Position numbers and translations under genes: made by a program
DNA from: Bacteroidales bacterium
Lineage (GTDB): Bacteria; Bacteroidota; Bacteroidia; Bacteroidales; UBA12077
NCBI GenBank assembly: GCA_028282585.1
Contig: JANQHR010000020.1
Location: forward strand, 55,212-119,211
Direction of reading: 5' to 3'
DNA: 64,000 bases
Shown: piece by piece, positions 20,101 to 30,005 of the stretch
Numbering within the stretch: position 1 is the first letter of the stretch
Layout: each line of letters opens with the position of its first letter
Notes under the pieces: generated by a model
Database searches by the model: none
The model's input: only the letters and a program-made list of their open reading frames with translations
Told to the model about the DNA's origin: nothing

Positions 20101-23100
20101 CCGATAGTTCAACAGGATTTCCATGTTGATGCATTCATTGGAGAATATCCACTTGGAGATGCTTTGGAATCATTACAAGCTGCACCTTATGTTAATCCTA
20201 ATGTTAACACATCACTTCCTGTAGTTAAATTAGCGGGATCAACAGCTTATGCCCAAGAGGTTTATCCTAATGAATATTTTGTTTCTTTATCTACGGATAA
20301 TCCGGGAACATATCTCACTTCAAGCAGTGTTTCTTATACAGCGTATGCAGGTGATTTTGCGAAAGGTGATGATAAACACATGTATATTGTTGATGATGGA
20401 ACTTCTGAATTAAAGAAGTTGAACATTGAAACAGAAGAATTAACTACAGTTGGACCAACATTGAAATTCACAGATTTAGCTTGTGATAAAAATGATGGTA
20501 CAATGTATGGTGCATTTTATGCAGAACCTTCATCTTATTTATACACTATTGATCTATCATCTGGAACTGGAACCTTAGTCGGAACAATTGGTTCTGGAAT
20601 TATGATTTCAATTGCATGTGATGGAGATGGTAATTTATGGGGGCTGAACCTTGATGATAATATTTATTCAATAGATAAATCTACAGGTACTATGACCCTG
20701 GTAGGATCGGCCGGATTTGATGCGAATTATGCACAAAGTATGGCATGGGATCCTTTAACTGATCTGGTTTATATGGCAGCATATAACAACGTAGCAGACC
20801 GAGGTGAGTTACGTATATTAGATACGGAAACCGGAGCATCGGAACTTATTGGTGCATTTGCCGGAAACGCAGAAATAACGGCATTTGGTTTCCCAGGTGG
20901 TGGTACTACAGATTTTATTACGGTTAATCCTACCTCAGGAACAGTTGAGGCAAACTCATCAATAACTGTTGACGTAGAACTTGATGCTACAATTTTACCA
21001 AATGAACTATACAGTTCATCATTAACAGTTTATTCGAATGATTATGATAACTTATCAACAGTTGTGCCTGTTAACCTTGATGTAACAGGACAAGTTGGGG
21101 AAATTAACCTAAGTTCTGTATTTATTGAATTTGGAACTGTATTTTTAAATGGAGAAAAAGAAATTCCTTTTAAAATTTACAACACAGGAATAGGAAACCT
21201 TCAGATTACTGATATTATCTCAAATCAACCTATATTTACTACTGATCTTGAAGATACTACAGTATTAGCAATGGGTGACACTTTGTTTGTAAAAGCAAAA
21301 TGCGCACCTAACTTCTTGGGTCAATTCAATGCAATACTTACGGTAAAAAGTAACGACCTAAATAATCCAGAAGTAGAAATTACAGTTACTGCAACTGCTA
21401 TTTCACCTCCGGTAATTTCTTTAGATCCAACAGAAATTGAGGTTACAATGGATGCTGGACAGGTTCGAAATGAGCAATTTACAATACGTAATTATGGTAT
21501 GTATCCATTACAGTTCTCAATGCCTGAAGTTGCTGCAAATCAATTATTAAATAATCCTGATATTGAGAAAAACAATATTTCGTTTATTGAAGGAATAACC
21601 CAAAATACCGATAAACAAATAAATAGCGGTGGTCAGGGTCATCCTGTTCAACTAGGTGCCGGAGGTCCGGATGAGTTAGGTTATAGTTGGATCGATAGCA
21701 GAGAAACTGGTGGACCAGTTTATAATTGGGAAGAAATATCTATAACAGGAACAGAAATCCTGGCAAATAGTGATGACGGATCTATAGATATTGAATTGCC
21801 ATTTGGTTTTAAGTTTTACGGTGAAGTCAAAACTTCAGCAAAGATTGGATCTAATGGTTATATTACATTTGGTACTGATGGTACTGATTATACAAATGAT
21901 CAAATACCAAGCACTACTGAACCTAATAACTATATTGCTCCTTTCTGGGATGACTTAAGACCATCAAGCAAACGTGGCCAAGTATTTTATAAAACAGGTT
22001 CTGATAAATTTATTGTACAATATAACGAAGTAGGAAATTACCCAAGTTCTTCGGCAGGTACAATTACATTCCAGGTAGTATTATTCCCTAATGGTAATAT
22101 AAAATATTACTATAAAGAAATAACACTTGAAAATAATGCAAGTGCTACAATTGGCACTGAAAATGAGGATGGTACAATTGGTTTACAAGTGGCATATAAT
22201 ACGGATTATATTGAAGATAATATGGCAGTATTAATATTCCCGGGTAGAACACCATTCGATATTAGTGCTAGTCCTGTTTCTGGAATAATTCAACCAAGTA
22301 GTACTCAGGTTATTGATCTTAATTTAGATGCTACAGAACTGCTTGAAGATAGTTATATCAATGAATTACTTATAACCAGCAACGACCCTGTTCGGCCTGA
22401 GGAGATCTTTACAACCAAACTTGACGTTATTGGACATCCTGAAATAAATGTTTCTCCGGATAGCATTTTGTTTAGTCCAATATTCCAAACTTTAAGTGAA
22501 GTAAGAACAATTACTATTGAAAACACAGGTAGTAAGAACTTAACGGTTAGTAATATCGCTTCAGATAATGTTTCATTTATTGCCGATTTCTCTGATCCAA
22601 TTATGATAGCTCCTAAAGCGATTACAAACGTTGATATAACTTTTACAGCCATTAATATCGGAGAAGAAGTTGGTACAATAACAATTGAAAGTGACGATGA
22701 ATTTGGTAATCAATCGTACGAAGTATTTGTTTCAGGAACTGGTCTTGTTCCACCGGAAATAACTGTTACTACGAACCCTTCACCTGTTGAAATAACTATG
22801 AATTCGGGTGATATTGATTCGATTAACATAGCTATAGAAAACAGTGGTGGTTCAACACTAAATTACGTTATGGTTAAACCTTACTATACTAATGTTGGTA
22901 ATGTATCAGTTACAGCTCATAATCCTGCAAATGAACTTACCTCTAAAGAACAACCCGATGAAAGAACTGGTAATGCAGTTCAGACTGGAAATGGCGAACC
23001 GGATAATTTTGGTTATACCTGGATTGATAGTGATGAAGGTTCTGAAGTAATTTACGACTGGATTGAAATCAAGAACATTGGTACCAAACTTGACCTGGGA

Positions 23101-26100
23101 GCCGATAATGGAACATGGATAACATTACCATTTAATTTCCCATTCTACAATGAAACTTATAATGAAGTACAAATCGCTTCAAATGGTTTCTTTACATTTA
23201 GCGAGCCTTTAGGTTCCATAGGTGGTTATTCAAACCAGGATATACCAACTACTACCGAACCTAACAATTTAATAGCTCCATTATGGGATGATATTGAACC
23301 ACAAAATGGTGATGGTGTTTATGTTTATTCCACATCTGAATATATCATTATTCAGTACAATGAAGTACCTGCATTTTGGTCAACTGGTGTAGGAACATTC
23401 CAGGCTATTGTTTATGCTAATGGTAACATCAAATTCCAATATAAAGACATGACAGCTTATGAAGGAATTGATAAGGCAACTGTTGGCATAGAAAATGAAG
23501 ATGGAACAGATGCGTTACAAGTTGTATTCAATAACACTTATGTAAAAGATGGATTAGCTGTATTAATTAAGAGCCCATATTTGATTGGAAGTGTTGAACC
23601 CGGTTTAACAGCAAATATCAACTTAATAATTGATGCAACTGATATTTATGATGGAACTTACGAAGCACCATTAAAATTGTTAAGTAACGACATTACAGAC
23701 CCTTCTATTGAGATTCCTACTACTTTAACTATAATTGGAACACCAGAAATAAGTTTAAGTTCAGATTCTGTATTATTTAACGAACTTTACTTTATTCCAG
23801 GTGAAAACAATAACGATACGGAAGAGCTAATCGTGAAAAATAATGGTTCGAAAACATTACTAATTGATTCGTTATGGTTTACCAATGAAACTGTTGTATT
23901 TACGGCAGATAAATCAGGTGTATTTGAAATTGCTCCAAAAGAAGAGTTGATAGTTGAATTAACTTTCACTCCGGAAGCTGTCGGATCTTTTGACAATATC
24001 TTCAATATTGCAAGTAATGATGCATTACAACCAGTTGCTACTACCCTATTATTTGGTGAAGCAATTGAACCGCCTGTTATTGCAATTGATGATACGGATA
24101 CCCTTTTATTTGACCTAAAGTCAACTGAATCTGGCACAGAAGTTTCTGTTGTGAGCAATGAAGGTGGAAGTTTGCTTGAGTATGATATTAGTATTGTTAC
24201 CTTATCAGGCCAATTTACAAATGAAGTACAAAGTATTTACAACAGACCGGTAGTTAATTCAACGGTTTATAGATCTATGTCCGCTTCAGGTAACTTTGAT
24301 ATGAATATTGATTATGAGCAGTCTGATATTGTATTTAATGACTCCATTGTTTATGATCCGGAAGGTGCTCCGGATGATTATTACGGTTACGATGGTGGTG
24401 CTCCTTATAGCTCAGCTAACAGATTTGTTGTAAATAGTGCAACATTCAACTTAACTCATATAACTAACTACTATCAAACCGGTGGAGTTACAGAGCCTGT
24501 AATTTTGGAAATCTATAAAGGTGGAAATTTACCTGAACAAGGCACTTTATTAGCTACTCAAACATTTACACACTCTGAAGCAAATACTGGTGCAAAATGT
24601 TTAATTGAGTTAGAATCTCCTCAATCATTTGTTCAAGGTGATGTATTCTTTATTGTTATACATTATCCTCAAGCTATAAATTTCCCTGCTGCATTTAACA
24701 GGAATGTTTCAGGGGTTGATGGAGTTTCTTACTGGTATGATGTAAACTCGTCAACCTGGCTTGCCGAAGACCCTGGTTATGTATACAAAATCAGAGCTTT
24801 TGAAACTATTAATACATCACCGGATAAATGGTTAACTGTTAATCCTGTCGAAGGTGAGTCAGAAGCCGGAGAGTCTGCTACTCACATATTAACAGCTAAT
24901 GCCGCAGCTACTATAGGTGGTTATCATTATGCTAAAGTGGTATATTCGTCTAACGATCCAGTTACTCCTACTACAGAAATACCGGTAATAATGTATGTTA
25001 ATAAGTTACCGGAAATCATCAGTGTTCCTGATAGCGTAGTTGTTCATGAAGGCGAAAGCATAGATATGATGGTAATAGCAACTGATCCTGAAGGTGATGC
25101 GCTCGACTTTGAACTGGTTGGCACATACAGCTTTACAGATCTTACCGTTAATCATGATACCGCAATTGTTACATATTCACCGGATTACGAACAAGCCGGA
25201 ATGTTCGATTATGTTATGAATATTACTGATGTCCAAGGTGAAACCATTACTGTATCATGGCCTGTAATCGTTAATAATGTAAACAGATCGCCAAGATTAT
25301 TAACAGATATTGATGATAAAATGTATTTCGTAACCGATCCTATAGATCAAATTGATTTAAATCAATACTTTATTGATCCTGATGGAGAATCATTAATTTA
25401 CGATGCATTCCCAAGTTCAGATACAGCATTTAGTGTAGGTATTAATGATAATATGCTTGAAATTACACCTACAAATCTTGGTTATGGTGTAATTACGGTT
25501 ACCGCGACTGATGCTGAAGGTGCATATACTGCTGCATCGTTCAATGTAAGAATTCGTCATACGGAAAATCATGCGCCAATTTTGATTTATGATTTATCAT
25601 ACATCTTTATTCATGGAAGCGATGAGGTTAACTATAATTTGGATGACTATTTTACAGATATTGATTGGGATGAAATTACATATAGTTTCCAGGTTTCTGG
25701 TGTACCTTCTGTAATAGTCAGTTTAGCTGATAACGAATTAACATTAGAACCAACCAGATCTGGAATGACATTCTTAACTCTATATGCTGATGATGGTCGT
25801 GGTGGTATAACGGGAGTTTCACTAATTGTATTTGTATATGGTAATAAAAATGGTATGCCATTTATATTATCTCCAATTGCTAACAGAACATATACATTGG
25901 ATGATAATACAGAAAAACTTAATTTGTCTGAATACTTTGGTGATCCTGATCAAGATAATCTAAGGTATATTGGAGTAATTAAGAATGGAAATTCTGTAGA
26001 AGCCATAGTAAATGATAACATTCTTGAAATAACACCAAAAGAACTTGGCGAAAGTATCATCACTATATATGTAAGCGATGAAAACACAGGTGTTGTTGAA

Positions 26101-26418
26101 ACTACATTTACAACCAATGTCAATAATAGCGTAACCGGAATAGATGATATTGACATAACATCAATGGGGTTAACTAATTATCCAAATCCGGCTAAAGATG
26201 TTACAATAATTGAATATCTTTTAGATGAAGCATGTAAAGTTAAACTTGAAGTTATGAATATTCATGGAGAAACTATTGATATTTTAGTTAATGAAACTAA
26301 AGTTAAAGGAAAGTATACTATAGATTATAATGTGAATAACTTACCTTCAGGTATTTATTTCTACCGTATAACTTTAGATAACAACAGAATTGTAACAAAA
26401 AGAATGATTGTTTTATAA
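17185..26418 (+). CDS. Giant T9SS-secreted S8 subtilisin-like protease/adhesin (3077 aa)
   Basis: Signal peptide; S8 triad VHDGGID / HGTHVGG / GTSMACPHV; FN3; several ASH/choice-of-anchor-D-like Ig repeats (SNDP); beta-propeller-like segment; two NIDO-like repeats; cadherin-like repeats; type A CTD NYPNP...LPSGIYFYRI...KRMIVL. Confidence 0.93.
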   Translation: MIKKLTKFILVAIIILASALILNAQDHYHKEIFRIKFDTKMEATINTMKMQKSPTGVIQTGIASIDKLNEKYSVSNIKRVFPYAGKFEKKHQKYGLHLWYEVIVTNNSDIELATKEYLALNEVSLSELVLKKTIGGTPFNSYKAGVQNSLPVGTNDPQYGDQWHYNNTGQSGGTVDADVDLPEAWVVQTGDSEIIVSVHDGGIDVDHEDLIGNMWINPNEIAGNGIDDDNNGYIDDIYGYNFGDNTGTIYADNHGTHVGGTVAAETNNGIGMSGVAGGTGSDDGVRLMSCAVFGNISNGGFPESYIYAADHGAIISQNSWGYTSPNSYEQAVLDAIDYFIAEAGMNENGIQTGPMAGGLVIFAAGNNGSDNLWYPGYYESVMAVAGTDHNDNKYTSSNFGSWVDLAAPAVNIYSTIPNDNYTGGYSGTSMACPHVSGTAALILSQFKDDDITPQQIWDRLINSTDTLTFIGAEDWGTGRLNAFAALAEDDGQPPLAISDMTIIDVSAVSVTFTWTAPADQPDGYPASIYDFRYSENPITAANFDQATHYELPAPSVAGTLESVVVKGLSVGTTYYFAVKSADHFGNTSDISNTVTATTDQAPDIVITGDPSVTINSSVNPVEIGMFTIENQGQAELSYNIFPVYLGKTIPQVQSSLIYPGNEVSIEPEANYSELAELTSSVTTKNHSVIQSYFENEIAHIINYDDGDDEADGSIAVTSGGTPVVWAAATAFDVPDLGGDDFILSHISAYIEAEGSAVSNPTSVSIIAGGDNPLQGELIMMQEFTNIIGAEYVNIPLEMPVSFSTGDKFWIVFNFPAAPLRLGYDDVIGGNRPGSYLAYLNGQWDDIQTESGWSNYVWAVRAIQTQLHGVTLDISQGTIGVGSAQDISVTFDATDINRNGDHNFNIYILSNDPVTPVEKVEATATVTGIPEPNINIEPDTINSLIDASVNPVKTETLTIFNNGEGELQFDFINPIVQQDFHVDAFIGEYPLGDALESLQAAPYVNPNVNTSLPVVKLAGSTAYAQEVYPNEYFVSLSTDNPGTYLTSSSVSYTAYAGDFAKGDDKHMYIVDDGTSELKKLNIETEELTTVGPTLKFTDLACDKNDGTMYGAFYAEPSSYLYTIDLSSGTGTLVGTIGSGIMISIACDGDGNLWGLNLDDNIYSIDKSTGTMTLVGSAGFDANYAQSMAWDPLTDLVYMAAYNNVADRGELRILDTETGASELIGAFAGNAEITAFGFPGGGTTDFITVNPTSGTVEANSSITVDVELDATILPNELYSSSLTVYSNDYDNLSTVVPVNLDVTGQVGEINLSSVFIEFGTVFLNGEKEIPFKIYNTGIGNLQITDIISNQPIFTTDLEDTTVLAMGDTLFVKAKCAPNFLGQFNAILTVKSNDLNNPEVEITVTATAISPPVISLDPTEIEVTMDAGQVRNEQFTIRNYGMYPLQFSMPEVAANQLLNNPDIEKNNISFIEGITQNTDKQINSGGQGHPVQLGAGGPDELGYSWIDSRETGGPVYNWEEISITGTEILANSDDGSIDIELPFGFKFYGEVKTSAKIGSNGYITFGTDGTDYTNDQIPSTTEPNNYIAPFWDDLRPSSKRGQVFYKTGSDKFIVQYNEVGNYPSSSAGTITFQVVLFPNGNIKYYYKEITLENNASATIGTENEDGTIGLQVAYNTDYIEDNMAVLIFPGRTPFDISASPVSGIIQPSSTQVIDLNLDATELLEDSYINELLITSNDPVRPEEIFTTKLDVIGHPEINVSPDSILFSPIFQTLSEVRTITIENTGSKNLTVSNIASDNVSFIADFSDPIMIAPKAITNVDITFTAINIGEEVGTITIESDDEFGNQSYEVFVSGTGLVPPEITVTTNPSPVEITMNSGDIDSINIAIENSGGSTLNYVMVKPYYTNVGNVSVTAHNPANELTSKEQPDERTGNAVQTGNGEPDNFGYTWIDSDEGSEVIYDWIEIKNIGTKLDLGADNGTWITLPFNFPFYNETYNEVQIASNGFFTFSEPLGSIGGYSNQDIPTTTEPNNLIAPLWDDIEPQNGDGVYVYSTSEYIIIQYNEVPAFWSTGVGTFQAIVYANGNIKFQYKDMTAYEGIDKATVGIENEDGTDALQVVFNNTYVKDGLAVLIKSPYLIGSVEPGLTANINLIIDATDIYDGTYEAPLKLLSNDITDPSIEIPTTLTIIGTPEISLSSDSVLFNELYFIPGENNNDTEELIVKNNGSKTLLIDSLWFTNETVVFTADKSGVFEIAPKEELIVELTFTPEAVGSFDNIFNIASNDALQPVATTLLFGEAIEPPVIAIDDTDTLLFDLKSTESGTEVSVVSNEGGSLLEYDISIVTLSGQFTNEVQSIYNRPVVNSTVYRSMSASGNFDMNIDYEQSDIVFNDSIVYDPEGAPDDYYGYDGGAPYSSANRFVVNSATFNLTHITNYYQTGGVTEPVILEIYKGGNLPEQGTLLATQTFTHSEANTGAKCLIELESPQSFVQGDVFFIVIHYPQAINFPAAFNRNVSGVDGVSYWYDVNSSTWLAEDPGYVYKIRAFETINTSPDKWLTVNPVEGESEAGESATHILTANAAATIGGYHYAKVVYSSNDPVTPTTEIPVIMYVNKLPEIISVPDSVVVHEGESIDMMVIATDPEGDALDFELVGTYSFTDLTVNHDTAIVTYSPDYEQAGMFDYVMNITDVQGETITVSWPVIVNNVNRSPRLLTDIDDKMYFVTDPIDQIDLNQYFIDPDGESLIYDAFPSSDTAFSVGINDNMLEITPTNLGYGVITVTATDAEGAYTAASFNVRIRHTENHAPILIYDLSYIFIHGSDEVNYNLDDYFTDIDWDEITYSFQVSGVPSVIVSLADNELTLEPTRSGMTFLTLYADDGRGGITGVSLIVFVYGNKNGMPFILSPIANRTYTLDDNTEKLNLSEYFGDPDQDNLRYIGVIKNGNSVEAIVNDNILEITPKELGESIITIYVSDENTGVVETTFTTNVNNSVTGIDDIDITSMGLTNYPNPAKDVTIIEYLLDEACKVKLEVMNIHGETIDILVNETKVKGKYTIDYNVNNLPSGIYFYRITLDNNRIVTKRMIVL

Positions 26419-26436
26419 CTCTCTAAATAATAAATT

Positions 26437-26477
26437 AAAGAAGAAGCTGTTTGAAGAATTCAGCTTCTTCTTTTTTT
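26437..26477 (+). terminator. Intrinsic terminator after the giant subtilase
   Basis: AAAGAAGAAGCTG...CAGCTTCTTCTTT stem followed by a T-run. Confidence 0.85.
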
Positions 26478-26636
26478 ATAGCATTTTAAATTTCTGTTTT
26501 AATATTCACATTAATTCTCTTTGGGTCTTGTGATGAACAAATGAATCAATTTCACATTTCCAGCTGTGGTATGATTCCAAAATTGTACTCTAACCCTGAA
26601 TAGTCAAAAAAACTAATTCAATTAGAAAACAGATCA

Positions 26637-27068
26637 TTAACTAATCTTTTCGAATACCTTCTGTTCCTTTTTTAGCTTATAGTCAAGTATTTGATAAAAT
26701 TTATGCGCTAATTCTCTTTTCGAATTACAACGCACCCGAATAACAAATTCTTTGGAGTACAGCTCTTCGATATATTTAACCAGGGATTTACCAATTCCAT
26801 TGCCCCGTTCTTTTTCATCAACCACCAAACCGCATATTTCAATAAAGGGCTCCGTTGTTAACCTGATAGCTTTAAAAAAATGGATATAGCCTACAATTTT
26901 TTTATTTTTTATTGCAACAAAAACCTCATGATCAGCATTTAAAATAATTTCTTTAATTTGTTCTTTAACAATTTCTTTGGTTGTTTCTGAACCAAGTTGG
27001 TATGTCAATAATGCAATAGGCTCAAAATCTTCGGGTAAGATTGGCCTTATTAGGATTTCATTATTCAT
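26637..27068 (-). CDS. GNAT family N-acetyltransferase
   Basis: LVVDEKERGNGIGKSL (acetyl-CoA motif A), AHKFYQILDY. Confidence 0.9.
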   Translation of the reverse strand: MNNEILIRPILPEDFEPIALLTYQLGSETTKEIVKEQIKEIILNADHEVFVAIKNKKIVGYIHFFKAIRLTTEPFIEICGLVVDEKERGNGIGKSLVKYIEELYSKEFVIRVRCNSKRELAHKFYQILDYKLKKEQKVFEKIS

Positions 27069-27088
27069 TGCTAACTAATTATTAACCT

Positions 27089-28510
27089 CTACTTGACAAG
27101 ATTTCCCATCAAGTTTTCTAAAGTTCCTATTTCAGTGAAAGAAACACCGTAACTTCTTCCAAAGTTTCCAGCTGCAACCACCAATAAATCGTCTTTTGTA
27201 AATGTATAATTTTCTATAAGGTTTGTTAATGCCTCAGATAGAAACTCATGCGAAGTTTCCTTTGGTTCCATATAATTCGCAATCACCCCATAGCTTAAAG
27301 CCATTTCGCGCATGGTACGTTTTGAATAACATTGAGCAAAAACAGGTTTAGAACCTCGGTAAACAGCTAAGCTCCTTAGGGTTCTTCCCGATGTTGAATC
27401 CGCAATTATAGCTTTAGCATCCAGACGAATAGCTCCCTTTACCGCAGCTTTGCATAAATAAGCAGATATGGGATTATTAATTACAACGGAAGGTATATCG
27501 TTAAATGGTTCTTTGGTATTTTCAACTTCCATGGCAACCCTTGCCATTGTTTTAACTGCTTCAACAGGGTATTCTCCATATGCCGTTTCTCCACTTAACA
27601 TAACGGCATCCGTATTTCTATATACTGCACTTGCAATATCGTTTACTTCAGCACGAGTTGGACGAGGATTATCAATCATAGAATGTAGCATTTGTGTCGC
27701 AATGATTACTGGTTTTCTTTTTTCAATGCATTTATCAATCAAATAACGCTGTAAACCAGGAATTTTTTCATATGGAATTTCAACGGCTAAATCGCCACGA
27801 GCAACCATTACGCCATAAGCATAATCCAAAATCTCATCAATATTATCAATTCCCTGTCGGTTCTCAATTTTAGCTATGATTTTAATTTGGGAGTTACTTT
27901 CATCTAATATCTTTTGAACTTCCAACACATCATCTTTACTGCGCACAAATGAATGTGCAATAAAATCCAAATCTTGTTGTATAGCCAATTGAATAAAATC
28001 TTTATCTCGTTCGCTTAAACAAGGCAAATTGAAAGTTACATTGGGCACATTTACACTCTTTTTTCCTTTTACTTCACCATCATTTTGCGCCTCGCACAGC
28101 AAAGAATCTTCATTTTTCTGAATCACCTTTAGTTCAATATTACCGTCATCTATAAGAATACAGGTTTTATCCGGAACATCCTTAACAAAATCAGTATATG
28201 AAACATAAATACATCCATTTGTTGATTCTTTTGAGGGGTCTCCTTTTATTAGTATTTGTTGCCCACGCTTTAATTCAACAACAAAATCTGTTTTAACCGT
28301 CCTAACTTCCGGGCCTTTTGTATCAATTAAAAGTGCAATTTTTTCAGAAACCGAACGAACATCGTTTATAACTTTTATTGCACCTTCCTTTGTTTGGTGG
28401 GCGGTATTCATTCTTACAACATCCATTCCTTCGTTATATAACGATTGAATAAAATCAGGTGTGCATGTTTTATCTGATATGGTAGCTACTATTTTTGTTT
28501 TTTTAATCAT
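27089..28510 (-). CDS. pyk: Pyruvate kinase
   Basis: TKIVATI, DTKGPEVR, IIAKIEN, MVARGDL, ATQML, PTRAE, MLSGETA. Confidence 0.97.
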   Translation of the reverse strand: MIKKTKIVATISDKTCTPDFIQSLYNEGMDVVRMNTAHQTKEGAIKVINDVRSVSEKIALLIDTKGPEVRTVKTDFVVELKRGQQILIKGDPSKESTNGCIYVSYTDFVKDVPDKTCILIDDGNIELKVIQKNEDSLLCEAQNDGEVKGKKSVNVPNVTFNLPCLSERDKDFIQLAIQQDLDFIAHSFVRSKDDVLEVQKILDESNSQIKIIAKIENRQGIDNIDEILDYAYGVMVARGDLAVEIPYEKIPGLQRYLIDKCIEKRKPVIIATQMLHSMIDNPRPTRAEVNDIASAVYRNTDAVMLSGETAYGEYPVEAVKTMARVAMEVENTKEPFNDIPSVVINNPISAYLCKAAVKGAIRLDAKAIIADSTSGRTLRSLAVYRGSKPVFAQCYSKRTMREMALSYGVIANYMEPKETSHEFLSEALTNLIENYTFTKDDLLVVAAGNFGRSYGVSFTEIGTLENLMGNLVK

Positions 28511-28563
28511 AATTCTAATATAGTTAATAAATAAAAGGCTTAGGAAAGGGCTACTTAGTTATA

Positions 28564-28598
28564 CATTCTGCATTCTGCATTCCGAATTCTAAATTCTA
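28564..28598. repeat. Short tandem heptamer repeat, (C/A)ATTC(T/C)(G/A) x5
   Basis: cattctg cattctg cattccg aattcta aattcta between aroQ and pyk. Confidence 0.7.
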
Positions 28599-29018
28599 TT
28601 TTAACACTCTAATACTTTCTATTGCAAGCCTGTACCCGTCTAACCCAAATCCGGCTATACTCCCCATACAATTTGGAGCAATCAAAGAATCGTGGCGAAA
28701 ATCTTCACGTTCATATATATTAGAAATATGTACTTCGACAACAGGTGTTGTAATTGCTTTAATGGCATCGGCTATAGCTACTGAAGTATGTGTATACCCA
28801 GCCGCATTTAATATAATTCCTTTGTATTCAAATCCAACCTGGTGTAACTTATTGATAATTTCACCTTCGACATTTGATTGAAAATAATCCAGTTGAATAT
28901 CTTTAAAATGTTCTTGTATTAATCCAAAATATTTTTCGAATGGAACATCTCCATAGATTTCTTTTTCTCGAGTGCCTAATAAATTTAGGTTAGGGCCGTT
29001 AATAATCTGAATCTTCAT
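28596..29018 (-). CDS. aroQ: Type II 3-dehydroquinate dehydratase
   Basis: NGPNLNLLGTRE, QSNVEG, NAAGYTHTSVAI, EVHISN. Confidence 0.97.
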   Translation of the reverse strand: MKIQIINGPNLNLLGTREKEIYGDVPFEKYFGLIQEHFKDIQLDYFQSNVEGEIINKLHQVGFEYKGIILNAAGYTHTSVAIADAIKAITTPVVEVHISNIYEREDFRHDSLIAPNCMGSIAGFGLDGYRLAIESIRVLK

Positions 29019-29040
29019 ATTTATTTATTTAAAGCATTCA

Positions 29041-29067
29041 CAAATTTACACATAAACATTAACTTTG
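29041..29067. promoter_or_regulatory. Back-to-back -7 elements for aroQ (TAAATTTG, minus, 29041-29048) and xerD (TAACTTTG, plus, 29060-29067)
   Basis: Both match TAnnTTTG in the short divergent spacer; supports ATG 29101 as the xerD start. Confidence 0.55.
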
Positions 29068-29100
29068 AAATATGATGGAAGATTTATTAATCCAAAATTA

Positions 29101-30000
29101 ATGAACTGGGAAAGTAGCATCATACAGTTCAGGAATTACCTAAAACTGGAGCGGTCATTATCTGATAATTCCATAGAAGCTTATGAAACAGACATTCGAA
29201 AATTTGTTTCTTTCCTGTATATCAAAAAATTGAATATTAGCCCTTTAAACACGAACCTACAAAACCTCAAAGATTTCCTGGAGTGGATTAATGAACTAGG
29301 GCTTAATGCTCGTTCTCAAGCAAGAATTATTTCCGGCTTAAAAGCTTTTTTCAAATATTTAATTCTGGAAGATATCATTGATAATGACCCAAGTAGTTTA
29401 TTAGAGGCTCCAAAACTCGGTAGGAAACTACCCGAAGTACTTTCTATTGAAGAAATTGATAGGATTATTTCGGTTATTGATTTGAGCCAACCGGAAGGGC
29501 AAAGAAATAAAGCAATTATTGAAACATTATATAGTTGTGGGCTACGAGTTTCTGAGTTAATCAATTTAAAAATATCAAACCTTTATTTTGATGAAGGGTT
29601 TGTGCGTGTAGTTGGTAAAGGAGATAAAGAAAGACTTATTCCAATTGGACAAAAAGCGATCAAAGAAATCCGGTATTATTTTCAGGATAGAAACTTGCAA
29701 TCTAATATTGATAAAGCAAGCGAGAATATTGTTTTTCTGAACAGGCGTGGAAAACAATTAACACGAGTTATGATTTTTACCATTATAAAACGCTTAGCAG
29801 AAAAAGCTGAGATTAGCAAGAATATTAGCCCACACACTTTTCGCCATTCATTTGCAACGCATTTAATCGATGGCGGTGCTGACTTGCGTGCTGTTCAGGA
29901 AATGCTCGGCCATGAATCGATTATTACTACAGAAATTTATACTCACCTAGACCGGGAATATTTGAGGGATGCAATTATACAGTATCATCCAAGAGCATAA
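29101..30000 (+). CDS. xerD: Site-specific tyrosine recombinase XerD
   Basis: LYSCGLRVSEL, GKGDKERLIP, HTFRHSFATHL, LGHESIITTEIY; housekeeping context next to aroQ. Confidence 0.9.
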   Translation: MNWESSIIQFRNYLKLERSLSDNSIEAYETDIRKFVSFLYIKKLNISPLNTNLQNLKDFLEWINELGLNARSQARIISGLKAFFKYLILEDIIDNDPSSLLEAPKLGRKLPEVLSIEEIDRIISVIDLSQPEGQRNKAIIETLYSCGLRVSELINLKISNLYFDEGFVRVVGKGDKERLIPIGQKAIKEIRYYFQDRNLQSNIDKASENIVFLNRRGKQLTRVMIFTIIKRLAEKAEISKNISPHTFRHSFATHLIDGGADLRAVQEMLGHESIITTEIYTHLDREYLRDAIIQYHPRA

Positions 30001-30005
30001 GAGAA

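Noticed and set aside
26480-26636. Possible small ORF or UGA-readthrough frame downstream of the GNAT gene
   Set aside because: Frames are short and interrupted with no recognisable motif or SECIS-like support
29101-30000. Tyrosine recombinase as an integrase of a mobile element
   Set aside because: Sequence and aroQ/pyk context fit chromosomal XerD; no att sites, phage or conjugation genes nearby
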